DNA of 31,350 nucleotides from Snowella sp. (lineage in GTDB: Bacteria; Cyanobacteriota; Cyanobacteriia; Cyanobacteriales; Microcystaceae): assembly GCA_035285545.1 (NCBI GenBank), contig JAYKGY010000136.1:1-31350 (forward strand), read 5' to 3'. Position numbers and translations under genes: made by a program. This document shows positions 18,350 through 27,742 of the stretch, one piece after another. The notes beneath the pieces were generated by a model, which worked only from the letters and a program-made list of their open reading frames with translations, was not told the DNA's origin and made no database searches. Every line of letters starts with the position of its first letter. Positions within the stretch are counted from its first letter, which is position 1.

Positions 18350-19897
18350 TTATTGCAAAATCTGAGAAAGCTTCGTGACTGCCGCCGCCGCTTGTAAAAT
18401 GGGCGTACTGGTTACCGAATCATTCGCCAAGGTAAATATCGGATTGGCTAAAATACCCGCAACCGAAGTCGCAATCACGGTCAGAATCAACCCGACTTGT
18501 AAAGGCCGCATTCCAGGTAAAGACCAGTTGATCTGGGGGTAACGCTTGATAACTTCCGACATTTCGTGGGGTTCTTTCACCACCATCATTTTGACCACAC
18601 GAATGTAGTAATAAATCGAGACGACACTGGTTAATAGACCTAATAAAACCAAGGTATAAAGTCCAGCCTGCCAACCGACCCAGAAGAGGTAAATTTTGCC
18701 AAAGAAGCCAGCCAAAGGAGGTATTCCCCCTAGAGATAATAAGCAAATACTTAACCCCAAGGTTAACAGGGGATCTTTTTGGTAAAGTCCTGCATAATCA
18801 CTAATCTGATCGGAACCTGTACGCAGCGTGAATAAAATAATGCAGGTAAAGGCTCCTAAGTTCATGAACAGGTAAATCAGCAAATAAAAGACCATGCTGG
18901 AATAACCGGCATCGGTTCCTGCGGTTAAACCGATCATTACGAATCCCGCCTGCCCAATGGAAGAATAGGCCAACATCCGTTTCATGCTGGTTTGAGCCAG
19001 AGCGACCACGTTACCCAAGACCATACTGAGGATAGCCAAGGCGGTAAAGATCACTTTCCATTCGTCGGTAATGACGGCAAAGGCTGTCACCAATAACCGA
19101 ATCGCCAAGGCAAATCCAGCCGCTTTAGAACCAACGGAGAGAAAGGCCACAACGGGAGTGGGAGAACCTTCATAAACGTCAGGTGTCCATTGGTGAAAGG
19201 GAACCGCCGAAATTTTAAAGGCAATCCCCGCAATTACAAAGACTAGCGCAATCACTAATCCCAAGGATTCTCCCCCCCCTGAGAGATTGCTGACTTTTGC
19301 AGCGATCGCGTCTAATTGGGTTTCGCCACCGGATAAACCGTAGAGTAAAGAGAGTCCGTATAGAAAAATCGCTGAACTAGAAGCACCAATTAATAAATAC
19401 TTTAGGGCTGCTTCATTGGAACGGGGATCGCGCTTCATATAACCCGTCATTAAGTAAGACGAGATACTGAGCATTTCCAACGAAATAAAGATCATCACCA
19501 GTTCATTGGCGGCCGACAGAAACATTGCTCCCAACGTTGCCGTTAACAGGATTGCAATAAACTCCGACAAGGCCGTTCCTGTTTGTTCTACATAGCGCAC
19601 TGACATCAGAATCGTGGCCACGGTTGATAGCGCGATAATCGCCCGAAAGATAACGCTTAAATTATCGCTATTAAATGCCCCTAGAAAGCTGATGGGATCA
19701 GCCGTATTCCACCCTAGAGCCAAAGAAACGGTTGACGCTAATAGACCCGCGATCGCGACATAGGGCAACCAACGAGCAGAACTGCGTCCAACAATTAAGT
19801 CCCCAACCAGTACCAAGATTAAGGTTAGGGTAATAATGCCTTCGGGTAAAATCGTCCCGGCATTGAGTTGAGAAGCAATGTTACTAGAAAAATCCAT
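18350..19897 (-). CDS. ndhB: NAD(P)H-quinone oxidoreductase subunit 2 (NdhB)
   Basis: [58 protein letters not shown] at 19897 preferred. Confidence 0.98.
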   Translation of the reverse strand: MDFSSNIASQLNAGTILPEGIITLTLILVLVGDLIVGRSSARWLPYVAIAGLLASTVSLALGWNTADPISFLGAFNSDNLSVIFRAIIALSTVATILMSVRYVEQTGTALSEFIAILLTATLGAMFLSAANELVMIFISLEMLSISSYLMTGYMKRDPRSNEAALKYLLIGASSSAIFLYGLSLLYGLSGGETQLDAIAAKVSNLSGGGESLGLVIALVFVIAGIAFKISAVPFHQWTPDVYEGSPTPVVAFLSVGSKAAGFALAIRLLVTAFAVITDEWKVIFTALAILSMVLGNVVALAQTSMKRMLAYSSIGQAGFVMIGLTAGTDAGYSSMVFYLLIYLFMNLGAFTCIILFTLRTGSDQISDYAGLYQKDPLLTLGLSICLLSLGGIPPLAGFFGKIYLFWVGWQAGLYTLVLLGLLTSVVSIYYYIRVVKMMVVKEPHEMSEVIKRYPQINWSLPGMRPLQVGLILTVIATSVAGILANPIFTLANDSVTSTPILQAAAAVTKLSQILQ

Positions 19898-20027
19898 AAG
19901 TGAAACGGAAAAAGAGCCTAACAATCAGCTTATGCTATTTCAGAGTATCGCAGAATAGGGAATTAAAGTTTTTTTCAATAATTACTATGGGGAAACTTGC
20001 AGCAAGAAGTCGGCGATCGCAAGATAG

Positions 20028-20480
20028 TTAATCAATTAAGTGCCAATCTGATGCGGTAATGAAGCGGTTTAAATGGCCAACATTGGTTGTTGCAATAATC
20101 ACATTTGTCGTCTCGTTCTCAAGCAAACGAGCTTGGGCTGCCAGAATAACATCACCATCTAATGCTTTAGGATCGGCAGTCGGTTGGCCTCTTTGTCTGA
20201 TTTCTGCCCAAAGCTGGGCCGCGAGTAACATCGTTTCCGTTTGAATGGGAATATATTCGAGAGCTTGCTTTAAGCTGTCGAGACGCTGGACACTTTCTAA
20301 CAAATTCGCACGAAGAAGTTCTCGCCGTACTTCATAATCAGCAATTTCAGGAATAGCGATCCATTCTCCTCGTTTTAAAAGAGATTTAAGCCATTGTTGA
20401 CAAGCGGCGGGAATCCCTCTTCCTTTAGGATTTGTCACCATGCCAAGTGGGCCAGAATCCAACAAAATTAAACGATTCAT
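20028..20480 (-). CDS. PIN-domain (VapC-like) toxin
   Basis: LILLDSGPLG, PEIADYEVRREL, LDGDVILAAQA, IATTNVGHL; 4-bp overlap with the upstream small gene. Confidence 0.88.
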   Translation of the reverse strand: MNRLILLDSGPLGMVTNPKGRGIPAACQQWLKSLLKRGEWIAIPEIADYEVRRELLRANLLESVQRLDSLKQALEYIPIQTETMLLAAQLWAEIRQRGQPTADPKALDGDVILAAQARLLENETTNVIIATTNVGHLNRFITASDWHLID

Positions 20481-20779
20481 GGAAATAAAGGACGATCAGA
20501 TAAGCGATCTTCATCAAGAGTAGTTTTCAGAAAGTCCCAAGCTCGTTGATGTTCGTTTTCGTCTTGTTGTTCGTTAAGCCAAGAGTCCAAAAGGTTGATA
20601 GCTTGTTGATTTTTTTGAGCTTGCTCTGCATTAATAATAGGCGAAACTTTAGGAGGAATTTGTTGCCGAAATTGGCGTAAAGTATCCAATAGTTCAGTCC
20701 AATATTCTTTGGGGGTTGCTTCAATTTCACAAATAAGCAATTCCAAGGATGTTGATGAGGGATTGAATGAATCTATCAT
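20477..20779 (-). CDS. Putative cognate antitoxin
   Basis: 100-aa acidic protein directly upstream of and coupled (ATGA overlap) to the PIN gene; AINLLDSWL..DEDRLSDRPLFP tail. Confidence 0.75.
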   Translation of the reverse strand: MIDSFNPSSTSLELLICEIEATPKEYWTELLDTLRQFRQQIPPKVSPIINAEQAQKNQQAINLLDSWLNEQQDENEHQRAWDFLKTTLDEDRLSDRPLFP

Positions 20780-20886
20780 AAATAAAACTCACGCCTATAA
20801 TGCTAGTGGCCTAAATTTTAACGAATTTTCTTAATCGCGGTATCAACCGTAATATTGTTTGCTTAACGCACAGAACAATTTTTAAG

Positions 20887-21843
20887 CTAATGACAAAGGG
20901 TGGTGCCTTTATCGGTAAAGCGATCGCCGGCAATGGGCATTAAGTCCCAATCGTAACTTTTAGGATGGAGCGTGACCTTGAGAACGCCGTAGGTATCATT
21001 ATTGCGGACTTCACTATTGGCACGGATGGTTTTAAAGGGATAAAGATTTTTGCCGCCATTGCCAATCACAATCTGACGAATGCCATTTTTCGGATCGGCG
21101 TTTTCCGTTAATCCTTGCGGCGCAAACCGTTCATAGAGATGATCATGCCCACTTAAAACCAGTTCTGCCTTGGCTGCATAAAGATCTTTCCAAATATCAT
21201 CCATGATCTTTTGATTACCATGAACGCCAGAGGAGAAGCGGGGATGGTGCCAATAGGCGAGGGTACAGGCTTTCTTATTTTTCTTTAAATCCGCTTTTAA
21301 CCATTGCTCTTGGGGTGATCCGGTTTGGCATCCTCCGATCGCGTCACAATTGGAATTCAGGGCAACTAAGTGCCAATTACCGAGGTCGTAACTGTAATAG
21401 CCTTTCGTGCGATCGCCTGCCAACTTGCCAAAATATTTAAAATAGCCTTCTGCCTGATTGCCGTAATATTCATGATTACCCGGAACAGGACGGGTTAGTC
21501 CTTTGAAGCGTCCCCAGCTAGGATCGTAGGATTGCTGATAATTAACCAACTCTCCCCGTTCATACTGATTATCACCTAACGCTAAAACTGCTGTGGGTTT
21601 GGCTTGGAGGACAACCTCCGCAGTCGCCATCATTTTACAAGCATCAGAGGTGCCCTTCCCCCCGTTAAAATTAGGACTTTTAGGATCACAGGCAATATCG
21701 CCTGCCGCCATAATCACCGGATCGCTTTTAAAAGCAGGAGCCGCCCTCAGTAAGCCATCTGTACTCAGGAAAAAGCCAAAAATTAATCCTAAGCTGAAGC
21801 ACAAACTTAGGATTGAAAATCGGGATAGACGAAAAATTCCCAT
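20887..21843 (-). CDS. Exported calcineurin-like metallophosphoesterase (purple acid/alkaline phosphatase-like)
   Basis: N-terminal hydrophobic/signal segment; AAGDIA, LGDNQY, PGNHEY, WHHP, SGHDHLYER metal-binding motifs. Confidence 0.9.
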   Translation of the reverse strand: MGIFRLSRFSILSLCFSLGLIFGFFLSTDGLLRAAPAFKSDPVIMAAGDIACDPKSPNFNGGKGTSDACKMMATAEVVLQAKPTAVLALGDNQYERGELVNYQQSYDPSWGRFKGLTRPVPGNHEYYGNQAEGYFKYFGKLAGDRTKGYYSYDLGNWHLVALNSNCDAIGGCQTGSPQEQWLKADLKKNKKACTLAYWHHPRFSSGVHGNQKIMDDIWKDLYAAKAELVLSGHDHLYERFAPQGLTENADPKNGIRQIVIGNGGKNLYPFKTIRANSEVRNNDTYGVLKVTLHPKSYDWDLMPIAGDRFTDKGTTLCH

Positions 21844-22161
21844 GAAAGTCCTATTAAACAGCTAACGCCTCATCTTTTTATCTTGATCTTGACGACGGCG
21901 ATCGCGCCATTCTAAAGTCGTTAGATAAATAATGCCGCCACTAACGAGGATGAGCAAGGCTAGGGCAGACCAAAAAAGGGTGGTTAATAAAGTTGACTCC
22001 ACTGTTTAGAAACCGTCTCGCCCCCAAACAACCATTGCAATAGACCAGGTAAATAACGCTAAGACACTCACCCAACCTAATGTCAAAATATCCATAATTA
22101 ATTACCTTATTGAAATTCACAATGTTTAATGATAACAAAACTATGATACGTCTATTGGGGA

Positions 22162-22587
22162 ATGTTTGAAACTACAAGGTCAATGGAAATTACGCTCACA
22201 GAACGGATTGAGTCATTAAAAGCAGGGGGAATTGCCGGCGCAGCTTTTAGCGTTGCCTATGGGATTTGTGTTTTAGGGAATCAATCTTTGGGCATTCTGA
22301 CGGAGGAAACGATAATTAAATTCGCGATCGCGGCCTTAAGCGGTTTTTTATTTGGGGTAACCTACCGTTATATTATTCGCACGGATAGTAACCCTCACCT
22401 GAAAGATGGGGCTGTGCTAGCCTTTAGTTTGGTGCGCGGTGGCGGCATTGCAGAAACGACCGATCACCTGTTAGCCAATGGCTTTTTAGTGTCCGTATTG
22501 TTAATTGAAGGGTTAATTTGTTTCGCGATCGCCCGATCTTGCCTAGATATCGCGCTATCTCGACAATGGCTTAAACCCTTCCTATAG
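22162..22587 (+). CDS. Conserved hypothetical multi-TM protein
   Basis: ERIESLKAG, SGFLFGVTYRYIIRTDSNPHLKDGAVLAFSLVRG; start may be the second Met. Confidence 0.8.
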   Translation: MFETTRSMEITLTERIESLKAGGIAGAAFSVAYGICVLGNQSLGILTEETIIKFAIAALSGFLFGVTYRYIIRTDSNPHLKDGAVLAFSLVRGGGIAETTDHLLANGFLVSVLLIEGLICFAIARSCLDIALSRQWLKPFL

Positions 22588-22698
22588 GCATTTGCTCTAC
22601 CAAAACGGTGGCTCACCTAAACCCTAAACGTTTAAATATTTTTAGGGATGCAAATGTAACAAAATTGTGATAATTTGACGTAGGAGAAATTTTGAATT

Positions 22699-22742
22699 AA
22701 GCTGGAGTCACTTCTGGTCAGAATTTAATGACATTTCAGCTT
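22699..22742. terminator. Long imperfect hairpin between the 22162 gene and the convergent 25-aa ORF
   Basis: AAGCTGGAGTCA ... TGACATTTCAGCTT with inner TTCTG/CAGAA. Confidence 0.55.
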
Positions 22743-22756
22743 GGCTCCCCAAAAAA

Positions 22757-22834
22757 TTATTCTTCGACTCCATCGTCTTGGGCAATGATATAACCTAAGA
22801 TGCCGATGCTGATAACGCTAAGAACCATAAACAT
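22757..22834 (-). CDS. 25-aa single-TM microprotein MFMVLSVISIGILGYIIAQDDGVEE
   Basis: Read from DNA, not in ORF track; AGAGG SD 10 nt upstream; 18-residue hydrophobic run then an acidic tail; own promoter elements and flanking hairpins. Confidence 0.6.
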   Translation of the reverse strand: MFMVLSVISIGILGYIIAQDDGVEE

Positions 22835-22949
22835 AGCGAATAAACCTCTTGTGCTTTTATTCAGTTAATTAGAAAAATTTGACAGACAAAACTAGGGCTA
22901 ACGAAAAGCGTGCGTTTGAATCGTTAGACCTAAAAATCATCTATTTTCT

Positions 22950-22970
22950 ATAGTAGTATAAAAAGCTACA
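22950..22970 (-). promoter_or_regulatory. NtcA box (GTA-N8-TAC) overlapping candidate -10 elements of the micro-ORF
   Basis: GTATAAAAAGCTAC at 22956-22969; minus strand reads TGTAGCTTTTTATACTACTAT, containing TATACT and TACTAT. Confidence 0.55.
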
Positions 22971-23101
22971 AAAAAATCAATTTACGGAGATCCCTCGGCA
23001 AATACTTTCCCCGACTAAACGGTCAGAGGTCAACTCCCCTACGGCAGCTTCTGGTTTACATTCGTTTCCTGTCATCTGTTCCTATTCAATCTGCTAGGCA
23101 C

Positions 23102-23146
23102 AAAAAAAGCAAAAGTAACAGAAAAACTGCTAAACTCTTGCTTTTT
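23102..23146 (-). terminator. Intrinsic terminator of rpsB-tsf
   Basis: Minus strand AAAAAGCAAGAGTTTAGCAG-TTTTT-CTGTTACTTTTGCTTTTTTT. Confidence 0.8.
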
Positions 23147-23235
23147 AGGAGAAATTAAAGGTAAATGACGAATAATAGTACAATCAATCCCAAAACGAGA
23201 GGATTGGTCGTTTCGTCAGAAATCATTAATCAATT

Positions 23236-23973
23236 TTACTTTTTCTTTTTACTGCCTTTTTTGGGTTCTTCTGCTTTAGGTGCCTCTTCGGTTTTTGCTT
23301 CAGTTGCCGTGCCCGCTGTTTGTCCAGTTGCAGCCGCTACTTCATCAGCAAAGCTCATAGTTTCTTTTTCGATTCCTTCCCCTAGATTAAAGCGAACAAA
23401 TCGACGAATTTGAATATTTTCACCCAGTTCGGCTACACTTTGTTTGACGAGTTCTTCAATAGTAAGGTTTTGATCTTTAATGAAGGGCTGTTCCATTAAA
23501 GCTAATTCTTTGAGACGTTTTTCAATCCGTCCTTGAACAATTTTTTCTTTAATATTCTCAGGTTTATTCCCCAAGTCGTCGCGGCCCATTTCGATTTCTT
23601 TTTCTTTTGCCGAAATTTCTGTAGGAATATCTGCTACCTTAATGTATTCTACGTTGGGGCAAGCGGCAATTTGCATGGCTACGTTGTTGACCAATTCCTT
23701 GAATTTTTCGCCTCGTGCCACGAAATCGGTTTCACAGTTAACTTCGACTAAGACCCCGATACGGCCACCAAAGTGAATATAGCTATGAACTAGCCCTTCA
23801 GCTGCCGTCCGTCCTACTTTTTTCTCAGCAGAAGAAATTCCTTTTTGACGGAGCCACTCGATAGACTTTTCAATATCTCCGTTATTTTCACTTAACGCTT
23901 TTTTGCAGTCCATCATTCCCGCGCCTGTTTTGTCACGGAGTTCTTTAACTAATTTTGCCGAAATTTCTGCCAT
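23236..23973 (-). CDS. tsf: Elongation factor Ts
   Basis: [40 protein letters not shown] at 23973 preferred. Confidence 0.99.
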   Translation of the reverse strand: MAEISAKLVKELRDKTGAGMMDCKKALSENNGDIEKSIEWLRQKGISSAEKKVGRTAAEGLVHSYIHFGGRIGVLVEVNCETDFVARGEKFKELVNNVAMQIAACPNVEYIKVADIPTEISAKEKEIEMGRDDLGNKPENIKEKIVQGRIEKRLKELALMEQPFIKDQNLTIEELVKQSVAELGENIQIRRFVRFNLGEGIEKETMSFADEVAAATGQTAGTATEAKTEEAPKAEEPKKGSKKKK

Positions 23974-24077
23974 GTTAATTTTCCTACTCTTAATATTCCA
24001 TGATGACATGAGACAAGGAGTCTGATCAGAAATTGTGATTTTCCTAACAGATCCTTGCTTTTTAGTAATCTGAAGAT

Positions 24078-24872
24078 TTATTCTTCATCATCTGAATCAT
24101 CGAGGTCTTCATCACTGAGATCGATATCTTCAAATTCTTCTTCTTCCGTGAGTTCCTCTGCAAATTCTTCGTAGTCATCGGAGTCGAGTTGTCCATGACG
24201 ACCTTCGTAGATTGCATCAGCTAACTTCCCTAAAATTAGCTTAATAGAACGGATCGCATCATCATTAGCGGGAATTGGAATATCAACCGCGTCAGGGTCG
24301 CAATTCGTATCCAACAGGGAAATAATGGGAATTCCTAATTTTTGACATTCTGAAATGGCGTTATATTCCCGACGCTGATCGACAATAATGACGACATCGG
24401 GGATTTTTCGCATGGTTTTAATCCCACCGAGATATTTCCGTAATTTACCGAGTTCTCGACGGAGTACGGAGGCTTCTTTTTTGGGACGGCGATCAATTGC
24501 GCCACTGCTTTCTAAGGTTTCTAACTCCTTGAGTCGTTCTACCCGATTGCGAATGGTTTCCCAGTTGGTCAACATGCCGCCTAACCAACGTTGGTTAACA
24601 AAGTTTGCACCACAGCGTTGAGCTTCTTGGGCAATAATGCCGGCAGCTTGGCGTTTGGTTCCAATAAAGAGAAAGCGTTTTCCCTGTTCAGAGGATTTCC
24701 GAACATAGTCGTAGGCATCTTCGATCAACTGGGCGGTTTGCACCAAGTCGATGATATGTACCCCATTACGGGCAGTATAGATGTAGGGAGCCATTCTGGG
24801 GTTCCACCGTCGGGTTTGATGCCCAAAGTGAACTCCTGACTCCAGCAATTCAGCAAGAGAAACGACAGCCAT
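24078..24872 (-). CDS. rpsB: 30S ribosomal protein S2
   Basis: [39 protein letters not shown]; acidic C-terminal tail. Confidence 0.99.
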   Translation of the reverse strand: MAVVSLAELLESGVHFGHQTRRWNPRMAPYIYTARNGVHIIDLVQTAQLIEDAYDYVRKSSEQGKRFLFIGTKRQAAGIIAQEAQRCGANFVNQRWLGGMLTNWETIRNRVERLKELETLESSGAIDRRPKKEASVLRRELGKLRKYLGGIKTMRKIPDVVIIVDQRREYNAISECQKLGIPIISLLDTNCDPDAVDIPIPANDDAIRSIKLILGKLADAIYEGRHGQLDSDDYEEFAEELTEEEEFEDIDLSDEDLDDSDDEE

Positions 24873-24960
24873 TTTAATTTGTCTCCTATTCGGGTTTAGC
24901 CTCCATTCAGGTTGATTTCTTCTGGGTCAGAAACACCCGAAATCCTGAATGTGCGAATTT
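24873..24960 (-). ncRNA. rpsB 5' leader (t44-like S2 autoregulatory element)
   Basis: Stem CATTCAGG/CCTGAATG followed by GAGGC; TTCGGGT/ACCCGAA pairing; AGGAG SD; extended -10 TGCTATGCT at 24982-24974. Confidence 0.75.
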
Positions 24961-25170
24961 ACACAACTTTCCTAGCATAGCAGAATCTTTTTCTCTTTGA
25001 TCACGTTTTGGCTTGAGCTTCGCTGAGTTAAGGGAATTTCAAACCGTTGCGATCGCCCTTTGCGTCTGTTAAACTCATGTCAGATTTGAGCGATCATTGT
25101 TCATTAAAATCTGGGTAATTAATGAGTGATTAATTTGCTGAAACTTCAGGAATTACCGTAACCGTTGCCA

Positions 25171-25416
25171 TTAGGATTCTTTATCATTTTGTTGCTTCAT
25201 TTGTCTCACACATTCCTGCCCCATGCCGATCGCTAAACCTGCCCCTGCACCGATCCACAAATAATTGCGACTATATAAGTTTTTATAGTATTGGCTGTAA
25301 TAGGAATTTATTTGACTCGTCCCCCGCAGCAACTTAATTCTGCCGATGCCATAACCGATCATGGTGCCAATTAGAGCAGCCATAACACCCGATGCCAAAA
25401 TTAATTTAATATTCAT
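25171..25416 (-). CDS. Small two-TM glycine-rich hypothetical protein
   Basis: ILASGVMAALIGTMIGYGIG and WIGAGAGLAIGMGQECVRQ. Confidence 0.7.
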   Translation of the reverse strand: MNIKLILASGVMAALIGTMIGYGIGRIKLLRGTSQINSYYSQYYKNLYSRNYLWIGAGAGLAIGMGQECVRQMKQQNDKES

Positions 25417-25461
25417 CGTGATTGATCGCTCAATTTAAGAAGGTTGACAAAGTTCAGGAGA

Positions 25462-25554
25462 TTAATGGCCAAACCAAATATACGCTAGGCCTAAAAGGGT
25501 TCCGATGAATAGAATATGGTTCATCCAATCGTCAATTGTCCAGTCTTTAAACAT
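25462..25554 (-). CDS. 30-aa single-TM microprotein MFKDWTIDDWMNHILFIGTLLGLAYIWFGH
   Basis: Read from DNA, not in ORF track; GGGGAA upstream; amphipathic N-terminus plus TM helix; co-oriented and filling the gap between plsY and the 81-aa gene. Confidence 0.55.
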   Translation of the reverse strand: MFKDWTIDDWMNHILFIGTLLGLAYIWFGH

Positions 25555-25635
25555 CGATACATTTCCCCATTAATACAACTGATGAAATTACCATAACTCA
25601 TTTTTGCCTTGAGATTGGTAATTATTTAGAGATTA

Positions 25636-26292
25636 TTAACTTTCGGCTTCTTGGGATAACTTCTGCCCAATTTTAGGTTCTGTTCCAGCGAGTAGCCGTT
25701 GAATATTGCCTGAATGACGAACAATAACATAAATACCAGCTATTCCTGCAAATAACCAATAGGGTAAGGGTTGTCCTAAAAAAATCATTAAAAGATTAAC
25801 CGCGATCGCGCCGGTAATGGAACTGAGGGAAACAATGCGAGAAATGGCCAACATCACTAAAAAACTGGCTAAGGTTCCCCCTGCTACAACAGGACTCATG
25901 ACGGCTAAAACGCCTAAACTGGTGGCAACGGACTTTCCACCTGTAAAATTGAGAAAAATAGATTTACTATGGCCCAATACCGCCCCAATTCCCGCCAAGA
26001 TAATCAGCCAATATTGCCAGGCTACGGGAATTATTTCACTAGGCGCAATCTGGTAAAACAGACGGACGAGTCCTACTGCCAACATTCCTTTAAGGACATC
26101 AATCCCTAAAACCGCGATCGCGGCTGGTTTCCCTAAATTCCTTAAAACATTGGTTGCCCCCGTTGAACCCGATCCATGTTCCCGAATATCGATGCCTTTA
26201 AGCCATTTTCCTGCTAAATAACCCGTCGGAATCGATCCCAAAAGATAGGCAATGAGAATCAGTAAAACGCTGAGACTGAGGGCAATAGTCAT
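25636..26292 (-). CDS. plsY: Glycerol-3-phosphate acyltransferase PlsY
   Basis: AYLLGSIPTGY, DIREHGSGSTGATNVLR, GHSKSIFLNFTGGKSVATSLG, RHSGNIQRLLAGTEPKI. Confidence 0.97.
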   Translation of the reverse strand: MTIALSLSVLLILIAYLLGSIPTGYLAGKWLKGIDIREHGSGSTGATNVLRNLGKPAAIAVLGIDVLKGMLAVGLVRLFYQIAPSEIIPVAWQYWLIILAGIGAVLGHSKSIFLNFTGGKSVATSLGVLAVMSPVVAGGTLASFLVMLAISRIVSLSSITGAIAVNLLMIFLGQPLPYWLFAGIAGIYVIVRHSGNIQRLLAGTEPKIGQKLSQEAES

Positions 26293-26294
26293 AG

Positions 26295-26357
26295 TAGTTA
26301 ATAATGAATAATGAATAGTTAATAGTTAATAATGAATAATGAATAATGAATAATGAA
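26295..26357. repeat. STRR-type heptamer tandem array, 9 units (3x TAGTTAA, 6x TAATGAA)
   Basis: Counted directly; separated from the plsY start codon by 2 nt. Confidence 0.9.
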
Positions 26358-26409
26358 TGGTTTGATGATAAAAGGTTAAGTTGGAATTTGTCGGACGGCG
26401 AAATTCAAG

Positions 26410-26441
26410 CAACTATCAACTATCAACTATCAACTATCAAC
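26410..26441. repeat. STRR-type heptamer tandem array (CAACTAT)x4 plus CAAC
   Basis: Counted directly; lies just after the DUF3086 stop codon. Confidence 0.9.
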
Positions 26442-26443
26442 GG

Positions 26444-27652
26444 TTAATAAAAATAATTAGAAGACGGTTGTTGAGGATTGGGGGCAAAGGCTAACCAGAG
26501 CGGGAATTGCAATAAAGCGAGATTGACTTGATCTTCGGTTTCATCAATGATGACAAAGGGCATTTGCTTTTCTTCCACTAACCGTTCTGCCTTTTGAATT
26601 AAAGCTTCGGGCGATTCAAACAAAACCACGCCTCGGTCTGGGCCAAAGTCTGCGCGAGAAATGCCTAAACAATCCTGTAATCCCCTGCGCCATTCTCCTA
26701 ATCGTTCGGGGGTGTTGGCTAAAATTAGGGCGCGACTGCGATCGCCGTAGAGTTGATGGAAAACTGAAATAATGGATGAACCCACCAGAATATTTTGTAA
26801 GCGGCTACCCATTGTAATAATGACCCCACGACCGCCTTGGCTAAAAAACCAATTTTGTACCCGTTCAGCGTGAATCGGTTCAAAGGTACGACGGAGTTGC
26901 CAGGGGGGGCCGTAGTAATCGGGACGAGTGCGATATTGTTCTAAAGTCCGTTGGATTTGGCGACGTTGCTCTTCAAAGCTCTGGGCTGCAAAGTTGGCTT
27001 TCGGCGTATCAGAAACACTGATCGGAATCGGAGAAGCTGCTTCTTGAGAGGCATTCCAGGGATCTCCAGACGACAGTTCTAGCTGTTCAGCCGCCGCCAC
27101 TAAATCCTGTAAACTGCCAACGAGATAATCCTTAAATCCCTGAACCCGCATGGCTAAATCTTGAGAAACGCCCGCAAAAGTGGTTTGCATTTCCTTACGA
27201 ATCCGCTCTCGACGACGCTCTAATTGTTCAACCGCCGTTTCTAGGGACTGTTTTCGTTGCTCTAACTCTCGAACCCCTTCTTGTACTAAGTGTTCAATCG
27301 CCGATTGAGTTTCTATGACTTGTTCATTCAAGAGTTGGGATTTTTGGGACTGTAGATCGGCAATTTCTTGCTGTAACGTGAGCTTTTGTTGCTCTAGTTC
27401 CTTAATTTCTGAATTATCTAAATTAACGGCTGTTTCCGTTGATTCTGATGATTCCGATTGTAAAATATTGACCGCAGGAATTTCTAACGGGATCGGCTCA
27501 ACGGAAGGCTCAGGGCTAGGCATGGCATTCATGTCGCTAAACTCAACATTACTAAGATTTTCAGGCGAATCGACCATTGAGCTATCGGTGCTAGCTTCAG
27601 TCGTTTCATCTGTTAATACGTTTTCAGGGTTGAGGGGTGCGTCTGAATTCAT
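26444..27652 (-). CDS. DUF3086 domain protein
   Basis: Acidic low-complexity N-terminus, coiled coil, FAGVSQDLAMRVQGFKDYLVGSLQDL, PDYYGPPWQLRRTFE, PERLGEWRRGLQDCLGISR. Confidence 0.92.
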   Translation of the reverse strand: MNSDAPLNPENVLTDETTEASTDSSMVDSPENLSNVEFSDMNAMPSPEPSVEPIPLEIPAVNILQSESSESTETAVNLDNSEIKELEQQKLTLQQEIADLQSQKSQLLNEQVIETQSAIEHLVQEGVRELEQRKQSLETAVEQLERRRERIRKEMQTTFAGVSQDLAMRVQGFKDYLVGSLQDLVAAAEQLELSSGDPWNASQEAASPIPISVSDTPKANFAAQSFEEQRRQIQRTLEQYRTRPDYYGPPWQLRRTFEPIHAERVQNWFFSQGGRGVIITMGSRLQNILVGSSIISVFHQLYGDRSRALILANTPERLGEWRRGLQDCLGISRADFGPDRGVVLFESPEALIQKAERLVEEKQMPFVIIDETEDQVNLALLQFPLWLAFAPNPQQPSSNYFY

Positions 27653-27742
27653 GAATATAGATATATTTAAAAAATAGGAAAAAATCAGATAAAAGATTGA
27701 TAAATAGGAGATAAAGGAGTCTTAAAAACTCAAAACCCTATT

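Noticed and set aside
21941..22138. 65-aa ORF and possible Pho (SphR) boxes upstream of the phosphatase gene
   Set aside because: The ORF is not protein-like, and the TTAACC-like units are spaced 12 and 9 nt rather than 11
22977..23075. 32-aa minus-strand ORF MTGNECKPEAAVGELTSDRLVGESICRGISVN
   Set aside because: It lies right after the tsf terminator, with no evident promoter or motif
26295..26441. CRISPR array
   Set aside because: These are contiguous 7-mers without spacers; no repeat-spacer array or cas gene was seen in the window
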